Shown: positions 1 through 10,700 of the stretch, in pieces
Position numbering within the stretch: the first letter of the stretch is position 1
Layout: each line of letters starts with the position of its first letter
NCBI GenBank assembly: GCA_002269645.1
Contig: NIVC01000708.1
Location: 186,001-250,000, forward strand
DNA: 64,000 bases
Reading direction: 5' to 3'
Source of the DNA: Macrostomum lignano
Lineage: Eukaryota
Made by a program: the position numbers and the translations under genes
Notes under the pieces: model-generated
Told to the model about the DNA's origin: nothing
Databases searched by the model: none
What the model saw: the letters and a program-made list of their open reading frames with translations, nothing else

Positions 1-60
1 ATTGTTACTGGCAGCACTAAGGCAGAGAGCCCGTGTGAAAGGGCAAGCCCAGGTTCAGGT

Positions 61-3000
61 TTGGCTGAACAGTCGATTGGGGCTGAGGTGGGTGTAAGCG
101 CTGCGCCAGACAGGAGTGAAAAAGCTGATTGGACTGCCCACGAAGGGGGGTCAGGCGAGCGATCGATAAAACAAAACCCTGCACCCAGGCCAGCCACCTC
201 ACAGTCAGCCAGTGTACAGTCGCAACTCAGAGAGCCAATCGTTCAGCAGGAGTGTACACAGAGGGTGAGAGAAGAAGCGGAGAGGCAGGTCAGTCAGGAC
301 ATGTGGCGGCAATTGCAGCGGGTGGCGATTCCCAGTTTCTCAGGTGATAAGCGTCAATACGAAGGGTGGAAGGCGGCCTTTTACGCGTGTGTAGATGCTG
401 CACCCTCCTCTCGAGTGTACAAGCTATTGCAACTGAGGCAGTGTCTGCAGGGCGATGCGCTAAAGCTAATAGCCAACCTAGGGCATTCTGAATTTGCGTA
501 CAAGGCGGCTCTGGATAGGTTGGAGAGAGAATATGGAGGAGAGAGGCGCCGGCTGGTGCTAGTGTTGGAGGACCTGGACCGTTTTCGGCCCATTGTGACG
601 GAGAGTGCGCCTCAGTTGAAGAAGCTGGCTGATCTGGTGGATGTAGCGGTTATCAATCTGATGGAGGCGGGTCGTGAAGCTGAACTAGACAGCAATGGAT
701 TGCTTCATCTTCGCGTGCAAAAGAAATTGCCGACTGACACCTTGGCACGGTACCACCGATGGGTCGGGGAGAATGGCAGAAATGACACGCTCAGCGCTCT
801 TCATCAATGGCTGCTGCGGGAGGCTGAGTATCAGACGGTTGCTATGGAGGCAGTGCATGGAGTTGCGGCACAGAATGGGCCAGGAGCAGGGAAGATGGAG
901 CAAAGTAAGAAATTCAGCGGGATGCAGCGCACGGAAACAGCTCGAACGCATTTTGGCGCTGTCGCGGAGTCAACGAGAGCCGATGAGCAGCGCAAGAAAA
1001 ACTGCCGTGTCTGTGAAGGAAGCCATGGCGCCTGGGAGTGCCCGAAGTTTGCGGAGATGGATGTAGTGAAGCGATGGGCCGTTGCTCGTGAGAAGAAGCT
1101 GTGCTTTCATTGTCTCGGCGTCAATCACTCTGGTTTAGCTTGTCGGCGGTCTAGAACCTGTGGCGTAGATGGTTGCCAGGGAAAACACCATCGAATGCTT
1201 CACCAGAAGCGGGAGCCGAAACCAGCAGCTGCAGTGACGAGAGGCGGCGAAGGAGAGGCACGAAAACCCGCGGAGGACATATCAGCGGCGACGAAGAAGG
1301 AGCGCACTATGCTGGCCGAAGTCGTAAAGGAAACTGCGTTGAGGACGGTGCCGGTAATATTGGTGGCTGGTGAGCGCCAAGTTCGGATCAACGCGTTGCT
1401 TGATGATGCGAGTACGCGCACGTACCTCAATGCGGACGTAGCAGCAGAGCTGGGACTCGAAGGTAAACTTCAGCGCATAAACGTTAAGGTGCTCAACGGA
1501 GGAGTCGAGTCGTTTGAAACAGCGCCTGTAGAGGTGACAGTCCGGAGTGTCGATGCAGCGTTTGAGACAAAAATTGTTGCTTTCACAGCGGAGAAAGTAA
1601 CCGGCGGAATGAAGGCAGTTGATTGGAGTCAACTGGCGGAGCACTGGGCGCATCTGAGAGGCATTCCGTTTGAGTCAACATCAAGCCGGAAAACGGTTGA
1701 CATGCTTATCGGTGTCGACAATGCTGAGATGCATCTGGCTTGCAAAGAAGTCTGTGGAATGCCAGGGGAACCAATAGCTCGACTGACTCCTATTGGATGG
1801 ACCTGCATCGGGCAGTTAGGTTCGGATGAGGGAAGCAGCAAGAGCGGGGAATCGTTCCTCTGCCACGAGTGTCAAGATCAGGTCGACAGTCAGGTTCGAA
1901 GGTTGTGGGCGATCGAGGAAGTTCCTGATGTAGCTGAGCTGAACCGCGAAAGAGGGACGTTAACAGCGGATGAGCAGCGTGCTGTGGCGGTAGTCAAGGA
2001 GTCGATGTCGGTGGTGGAAGGAAGATATCAGGTAGCCATTCCATCGAAGTCTCAAAATCGTGCTCTGCCGAGCAATCGTGAAGCTGCGGAACGCAGACTG
2101 ATCAGCACGGAGAAGCGACTGCAGAGGAGTGAAGGATTGCCAAAAGCGTATCAGGAGGTGTTGGAAGGTCAGTTGGAAAAAGGTTATCTCAAGAAGGTCG
2201 AAGACAGCAGTGAGCTTCAAAACACCGAATGGTACCTGCCGCATTTTCCGGTAATCAGAGAAGACAAGGACACCACCAAGGTCCGTATCGTGTTTGACGC
2301 TTCCGACTGTGTTCCGACATCGGTTGACGGAGATCAAGAAGTTCAGCGAGACGCGAGCAAGAGTAGTAAATCGGCGGCCGTAACTCTGCTGTCGAACGAC
2401 ACCACAGACAACGATTGGCGTTTGAATCCAGAGCGATTTTCGAGCTACCGCAGGCTGCGTAGCGTGACAGCATGGGTTCAGCGCTTCATCAGTAATTGCC
2501 GACTTCCGCGAGATGAGAGACGACTTGGTGACCTCGAGGTCGAGGAGCTGCAAGAAGCTGAGGATCGAATCCTACGCGTGGCTCAGGAAGAAGCTTTCAA
2601 AGCAGAAGTTCAGCAGGTGCGTAGGGGAAAGCCAGTCTTCTCCAGCAGTCAGCTTCGCTGTCTCCAACCATTTCTTGATGAAGACGGACTGCTGCGAGTG
2701 GACGGAAGACTGAAGTTCGACCAGAATCTGTCATATCAGTCCAAGCATCCGGTCATTCTGCCGAGGCGAAGTTGGGTCACGAAGTTGTTGGTGAAGCACT
2801 ATCACGAAGATCAAGGACATGGCGGAACAAACCAGACGCTGGCAGCGATGTCGACGAAGTTTTGGGTGATCGGTGGGCGCGAAGCCATTCGAGAATGGGA
2901 GAAGGAGTGCGCGCGATGCAGAAGGCAAAAAGCAGGACCGGAGGTGCAGCAGATGGCGCCGCTGCCAGAGGCCAGGCTGAAGAACTCTCTCCGAGCGTTC

Positions 3001-3894
3001 AGCTTTGTGGCAGTCGACTTCGGTGGTCCGTTTGAAACGGTACAAGGACGCGGAAGACGGCGAACGAAGAGGTATTTGGCCCTGTTCACCTGTTTGGAGA
3101 CGAGAGCCGTGCACCTAGAGATGGCGTATAGCTTGGATTCTGACTCGTTTCTGAATGCTTTCGCGCGCATGATCAACCGTAGAGGCCGGCCACTCGAAGT
3201 TTACTCGGACAACGGCGGCAACTTTGTCAAAGGCGAGCGAGAACTACGAGAATTCGAAAACGAGCAGCAGAACAAAATCCAGAGAGCGGCAGCTGAGCGC
3301 GGCATCAAGTGGCGCTTCCAGCCTCCGTCGGCGCCCCATTTCGGCGGCGCCCACGAAGTTATGGTTCGCGCCGCTAAGCGAGCTGTGCGCGCCATCCTTA
3401 GCAACGCTGACATCACCGACGAAGAGCTGCATTCCACCTTCACCGGTGCGGAAGCGCTTATCAATTCCAGGCCGTTGACATACCAAACCGCAAGCCCAAA
3501 GGACGACACGCCGTTGACGCCAAACCATTTCTTGCATGGACAGCTGGGTGGTGACTTTGCTACGGAAGTCTCGACCGAGGTCAGCCGCGACCCGCGCCGG
3601 CGGTGGCAACGTGTCCAAGAGCTGGTGCGGCACTTCTGGCACCGATGGCTGCGTGAGTGGGTGCCAAGACTCAACGCCAGATCCAAGTGGGTCAAGGAGC
3701 AGCCGGATCTCGCCGTCGGCGACATCGTCTTGGCGCTACGAGCGGATGCGCCTCGAGGACACTGGCCGCTCGGGCGAGTTCTCGAGGTATTTCCTGGACG
3801 AGACGGCCATGTGCGCGTGGCCAAGGTGCGGACTGGCGGTGGGACGGTGCTGCGACCCGTGACGAAGTTGTGTGTGCTGCAGCGAGGTGAATAG
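61..3894 (+). mobile_element. BEL/Pao LTR-retrotransposon polyprotein ORF (Gag-PR-[RT/RNase H deleted]-IN); LTRs not identified in window
   Basis: Uninterrupted 1277-aa ORF. It has a DUF1759-like region, three BEL-type Zn knuckles (CRVCEGSHGAWEC, CFHCLGVNHSGLAC, CGVDGCQGKHHRMLH) and the protease motif LLDDAS. The RT start WYLPHFPVIREDKDTTKVRIVFDAS is present, followed by an integrase with HHCC finger (H..GH...CARC), DDE core (VDFGGP, SDNGGNF, GGAHE) and a C-terminal DUF5641-like region. No YXDD or RNase H motifs are present. Confidence 0.92.
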
Positions 3895-4754
3895 TGACTG
3901 TTGACTTATTGCTAAACAAAACTTTTCAAATATGTAGTTTTTTGACGGCTAGTTTATGGTGTTTGGAATTATTTATCTTTTTCGTGTCATTATTTGCCGT
4001 TTTTTGCTCCTAATAGCTGAAGTGGTGATGGATTGCTTATTTTTGCGTATTTTGTGTTTTTTTATTTTGAGTAAAAAGACTTGTTGCTTGCTTGAATGCG
4101 AGTTCTTTTAGCAGATTTTGTGCTTTGATATTTTTCATATGTTTACAGTTAGAGATTATTTAAGTTTTCAAGACATTTTTCATCCCGTGTTATTTCACTA
4201 ATTATCGTTTGAGCATCTTTGAGTTCGTTTGTGTTCGTTTCTTAGCAGAGATTTTTTGTGTTGGCTAGCGATTGCAAAGGTTTATATTTGGCACACTATC
4301 TTTTGATCCCAATTGACACTTCACATTGCATGCGTTCTTAATGTTAATTTCTGATTTCGCGCGATTTATTTTTTTGTTTACAGGAGTTTACTGTTTTTTC
4401 GAATTATGCTTGCAACCGTTTCAATTAATTGCACGTAAGTTTCAAGGAGGCAATTTTTTTTTCTGCTTTTTTGCTGATTGGCCCCAATCAGGAAGGGGGG
4501 AATGTTCTGGAGGTTCATTTTTTGTCATATTTTTGGGGTTTTACTTATTTAATTGTACATGTATTTGCTCTTTATTTAATGTACATGAGCCAACCCCCCT
4601 CAATTTGCTAACCCCACCCCACGTTAAATAATAATTAAAAAGGGCGTGATTTTTGGTCAGCGTGTTTTTTGCTAGGTACTTGGTTGTTTTGTTTTGCCTG
4701 CGCGAGAACGCAGAGGTATTGAAGCCTACAAGCATCCGATTTTTGCCTACTTAG

Positions 4755-7700
4755 TTATTTTTCGGTTTCGAAGAGTTAGTCGATTTAACACCGAGAACGA
4801 CAGTTTTGCAGTGAGCTGCACGCTGTACTTCAATGGCTCGGAGATCATTGGTAACAACACAAGCGGCATGCAGCTGTGCCAACCAGATGGGAACTGCAGT
4901 GCGGGCCCGGAGCTGCGGATCAACAGGGCGCTGCGGCAGCACTCCGGCAGCTACACCTGCCAGGTGAACTCCACTCGAGTTTCAACCTTCGTTACCGTGC
5001 TGTGTGAGTTTCATTTCAATTTGAAATTGAACGGATAAAGAATGGCATTTTAACTCATCTGAAATGTTTGTCGTTAGCCCTACAAAAAACTTAGACAATA
5101 AGTTTCCACTTGACTAAAAAGCTTGCGATACAGATAATGATGTCGTTGTGTTGTTGTTACTGCTGCTGTTGTTGTTGTTGTTGTTGTTGTTTTTTGTTGT
5201 GCTTTTAAACCAATGAGATATAGTCAAGTCAGTTGGCACGAGACGGGCAGGTTCGAGCCTGGCCCAATCCAAACCAAGAAAGTTCGACAGAGAGAGAGTT
5301 GGAGCGCGCTAACCCGGCGAGACAAGCCATGCACAGCCGCCCTTGTATCCGAATCCCGAACAGATAGGTAGCGAAACACCGAGTTGTCCTTCCAGTCGCC
5401 CAGCTTCTTGATGATCATCGGCAGTGGAACACCGAGCTGCATGGCTGCTGTAGCGCCGCGCCGCCGCAGCCTGTGGCTAGTGAACTCACGTGGTGACAAA
5501 CCCGCCGATGTGTACAGAGTGCGAAGCCGGCCATCAAACCTGCTAGCCGTCAGAGGCAAACATCCCGTTGCCGACCACGTGGAGAACAGGTGAACCGGAC
5601 GCGGCGCCTGGCCGACTCGGTTTGTCCGTAGCTGCCGCTCGAGCGCACGGAACGGGCACAGGACACCCAAGCTCCCATCAGGCAGTTTCGCAAGAAACAC
5701 TCGCTGAACTCGGTCGCCAAACTGGTTGGTCTTTGAATGCCGTACGGTGAGCTCACAGTCGCACTTTGAAAAGACGATGTTTGATGCCGCCAGGTTGCAC
5801 CACAGATCTAGCCGCTCCGATTGCATCCGATCACATTCGCTTTCCGCAGCATACCCCACCAGGCTGCCAGAACAGCTGCCCAGAACGCGATGTCACTCTT
5901 CTTTCGTTGGTCCAGGTGGGCGTTCAGCTTGAGGAGATCTGCGATTCTGAGGGGCTCCCTTGAGCGCTGCTACCGACTGAGACATCAGCGAAGACCACAG
6001 ACCACAAAGCACCAGCTTAACCATCGGCGACTCACACGGGTCCGGCCGACCGAGGGCTCTGAAGTACAGCGAGACCGCGTTAGCGTACGCCTGGCAGCTC
6101 CGAAAGACTGACAGCCGGGTGGACAACTCGGCCACTTACACGGCCACGTGCACCGGCTGCGCGCGCACCGGTGTCAAGTGCTAGGAGTTGCAAAAACACA
6201 GCCAGGACGCGAGCTGCGACCGGTAACTCCGCTTTGTGTGGGGCCAGCAGGGCCGAACGGAGACAGCAGGGCAGAAAGCATGGCTGGCGATTTCATTAAA
6301 ACAGCAGTTTACAGTGCCATACACTCAAAATAAAAAATCGCGCATCTTGCCTACCGCGTGCAGCCGAGAGCACGGGTCCGCAAAAACGAGGCACCAGCCA
6401 GGCATATGAAAAGTGTGCACATCAACCCCACGCCTAACAGCAATGAGCATGGCAGTCTGGAACAGCGGCTGCAACTCAGGCTGCCGGCAGCAACCTCTGT
6501 TATCATACCAACAGCCGCGACTACGACCGTAGTAGACCACGACCGAACCGTCATTTAAAAAGACACTCCAGCGAACAATAGCCAATAGCGGAACAATAGC
6601 TTCTTTGTACGTAATATGCTTGTCTTTAAACTTTCCTCCAGCATCCAGATCCCAATTGACATACAGCCAATCCATCATTCCGCTACCATTGCGCAAAATG
6701 GCACCACCACCAGCACTGCTGGCATCGGTTTCGATGATCCAGCCGTTTGTGCGACTTCTCCAAAGCTGAAAATCAGGCAGCTTCAGAAGGGCACCGCGCC
6801 ACCAGAGTAAAATACGCACAGTGTCAGCGGACACTCGTACTTTGTGATGTGGCTTTTCCAGCGCATTAGGCAAGTCGAACAGGGGCCTGAGGAAGCAACT
6901 CCCAGCGTGCACCACTTGGACGACCCAGCTGAGCTTGCCACAAAGCGACGAAAGCTGGCGTTTCGAGAGACGCCTGCTCTGCGAAAAATTAAGCAGTGTG
7001 GTGCGCATTTCCTCACAATTTTCCGCCGGCACACTAAGAACTCCACGGACCGTATCAATCTTCACACCGAGATACACCAAGCATTGCGTAGGTTCAACCA
7101 CTTTGTTCCAATTGACACCAACACCCAACTGGCGAACCAACTTCATCAGTTCTTTCAGGGCATCTATACACTCCTCCTCGCTCTCGGCCGCAACCAGAAA
7201 ATCATCCAGGTAGACCGAACTATTGGCCACACCGGTCGCACCATCATCCTCTTGACCGCTTGAGTAAGCCGGTAGAAAATCTCGACCGAGGCGCAGCTAC
7301 CAAAGGGTAGCCGGGTGTCGATTAGCCATGTCAGATCACGGTTGCCTTTAAAGCGCCAACCAATGCCAGTCGCATGGTAATCATCCGGATGGATCGCCAC
7401 ATTTCTGTAAGCTTGCGACAAATCAAGCTTTGCCATGAACCAGCCCTTGCCGATAGAGGCTGCAGCGTGCAGCCTTCTTGACGGACTCAAACTTAGGGCT
7501 CAGCTTCCTCGTATAAGTGTCTTTTACCGAGTAGCCCGGAGGCGTGCTGCAGTCATGAATAAATCGAACCTTCCTGTTATCCTTGGGAGTAGCTCCCAGA
7601 GGGCTGACCATCGTAGGCTTCTCAGGCACCACCACGTATCTGCCATTCTCAGTCTCTTCCTTAATTTGCAGCTTTGCAGAGTTCAGTTTTCGTCGGATGG

Positions 7701-10700
7701 TTCGCCTCATGGTGGGCCTCAAAACAGATACGGCAAACATGTCGGAATTTGCAGCTTGACAGGAAGCACCCCCGGCGATTAAAGTGCAAGTAGATCTCTA
7801 GCCCGTCTGCCGTTCTGAGGCTCTTGGGGTCTATTGGTTTTGAAAACGTTGCTGCCGTGGCTGGGGTAATAACTTGCTGACTCCATGGTTTGCTCGAGTT
7901 CCAGTTCTGATTAAGTGCTTAGCAACGAGTTGGAAAGACTCCTTGCCCCAGCACATACCAGTTTCAGCTTGCCTAGTGCGTTAGTCCTCGTCAAAACGGT
8001 TCACCTGAGCAAGGCCGAAGCCCGCGTCAAACAGCTCGCCTATCTGTATTGAGTAGCGTAGGTGATTCATCAAATCAGTCGTGTCGGCAATTCCATTCCT
8101 ATTAGTCACCAGGGCACCATCCTTGATTACGTCAGTTTGAGGCAGGTATCTGACTCTAACTGGTTTTAAACCCCCCCCGCGCCGGCCCGGCCTCGCTTTG
8201 GTGGGTTGGTGGGGTGCTGGTGCTCTGCGTGCGTGCAGGGCTTAGGGCAGCCTCCCCCCGCTCTGTGCTATTTAGTCACGCGTCGCGGCCGCTGAGTCGG
8301 CGTAATTTTGGCAAAATATTTTTAGCCTGCCTGATTTGCCAAGCACTGCACTCACAATGGACTCTACGTTGGGCAGCATGACCGTGCAGGCCCTCAAAGA
8401 TGCCTTACGCGAGAAGGCCTTACCTACAAGTGGCAATAAAGAAGAGCTGATAGGCCGCCTGCTCGCTGCAAGCCAGGCCGAACGAGCTCCCAGCGATGAC
8501 GACGGTGACGACGACCAGGACGAGGATGACGTGCGCCGGGCTGCGCCAGCGGAGGAGGCCACAGAAGCGCAGATTCGGCAGACTCAGAAGAGGATCGAGC
8601 TGCTTAAACTGCAGAAGGCTGAGGCCCAGTTGCGGGATGAAGTGCAGTCGATCCGCAGTGGCGCCGCATCGCCCCCGCTGGCCAGAGGAGGGCCGGACAT
8701 CTACGCCAGCCTGTTCGGGGACCAGAGCCGACAACCGAGGTTTGATTCGGCCGGAGCCCAGCGGCCCCCATCAGCGCTGCTCATCCCGGAATTTCTGGAC
8801 GAGAGGCAGCAGTCGGGAGGATGGCTGACACAGGAACGTGGTCGCCTGACTCTGAAAGGCGCAACGCCGAGCCTGTCCGGAGTCAACTTCGGCCAGTGGG
8901 TGGCTGCCAACGCGCGGATCATGCAGCGACTGCTGGAGACCGGCCAGCTGGTGGCGCCCGGTACGGATGGACAGCCCGACTGCAAGAGTCTGAACGCCTA
9001 CCTCAACTTTAACATCCACATCGGCGAGCTGCTCGACGCTGGCTACGACTGGAAGGTGGTGCTCCAGTACGACCAGGACATGAGGCTGCAGCAGCACTCG
9101 CGACAGCGCGACTGGGACAGCCCCGATCTGAACCTCATCATCAAGCATATGACGGCGCCCAAAAACCTGCGAGCTGCTGGCCCAGTCGCGGTCGGTCAAG
9201 GAGTCCAGGGTCACCGTAGCAGGGGCCAGCTGTCATCCGCTGGACAGGTCATCTGCGGCTTGTTCAATAGCAACAAAGGCTGTCACAGACACACCTGCAA
9301 TTTCGCCCACATCTGCCGCATCTGCGAAGGGAGCCACTCAAAGCTGCAACACAGCTCGGTGGCTGCCGAATCAAAAAACTGAGCAAAGAGGCGGGTCGCG
9401 GCGGCACCAGTTTTAGCCCTAAGCGGACGGCGTCTGATAGACAGTCCAAAATTTTAATTCCATGCGAGACAGCTGCTCGCACTGCCACTGGCCCTGCCGC
9501 TCGCCCTGCCACTCGCCTTGCCGCTCGACCTGCCACTCGCCCTGCCGCTCGCCCTGCCGCTCGCCCTGCCGCTCGCCATGCCACTCGCCCTGCCACTCGC
9601 CCTGCCGCCGGCCCTGCCGCCGGCCCTGCTGCCGGCCCTACTGCCGGCCCTGCTGCCGTTCCTGCTGCCGGCCCTGCTGCCGGCCCTGCTGCCGTTCCTG
9701 CTGCCGGTCCTGCTGCCGGCCCTGCTGCCGGCCCTGCCGCCGGTCCTGCTGCCGGCCCTGCTGCCGGTCCTGCTGCCGGCCCTGCCGCCGGTCCTGCTGC
9801 CGTTCCTGCTGCCGGTCCTGCTGCCGGCCCTGCTGCCGGCCCTGCCGCCGGTCCTGCTGCCGGCCCTGCTGCCGGTCCTGCTGCCGGCCCTGCTGCCGGC
9901 CCTGCTGCCGGCCCTGCTGCCGGCCCTGCTGCCGGTCCTGCTGCCGGCCCTGTTGCCGGTCCTGCTGCCGGCCCTGCTGCCGGCCCAGCCGCCGGCCCTG
10001 CCGCCGGTCCTGCTGCCGGCCCAGCCGCCGGCCCTGCCGCCGGTCCTGCTGCCGGCCCAGCCGCTGGCCCTGCCGCCGGCCCTGCCGCCGGCCCCGCTGC
10101 CGGCCCTGCTGCCGGTCCTGCTGCCGGCGCTGCTGCCGGCCCTGTTGCCGGCCCGGTGGCTGCACTCCGAAAACGTTGGCCGCTGTTAACTGCTGCTTGG
10201 ACACCAGTCCTGCTCGGAGACTCGGACGCGGAGTTTCTGATCGCGGGAATTCGCGATGGCTTTCGCATCACCGACGCGGCTCCGACCAGCGAATCCCAGC
10301 TCGAAAATCATGCATCCGCCCGCTGCGAGGCAAATCGGAATGCCGTTGAGCTGCAGATCAGAGAGGAGGTCGTGGCTGGCCGGTACATCAGCGCAACTGA
10401 CTTGGGCATCGCCAGGCCGACCATCATCAGCCCACTGGGCGCCGTCCCGAAGGCAGACGGCGCCATCCGCCTGATTCACGACGCGTCCGCGCCACAGGGC
10501 AACAGCCTCAACGATCTGTACAAGCCCCGCCAGAAGATGAAGTTTGCCAATGTCGAGGATCTCACCAGGCAGCTGGCACCAAGCTGGTTCATCAGCAAGG
10601 TCGACCTACGCCACGCCTACCGAAGTGTTCAGGTGCACCCAGACTGCTATAAGGCGACGGGGCTCCGGTGGACGTTCGAGCTGGACGGTCAGCCCACTTA

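Noticed and set aside
3895-4700. 3' LTR of the BEL/Pao element and ORF 4326-4631
   Set aside because: No clear PPT, and no second LTR copy in the window to compare. The ORF is low-complexity T-rich sequence.
9462-10349. Cys-rich metallothionein/keratin-associated-like ORF (CRPCCRS)n and Leu/Pro-rich ORF 9518-10189
   Set aside because: These are alternative frames of a 12-bp tandem repeat inside the Ngaro element.
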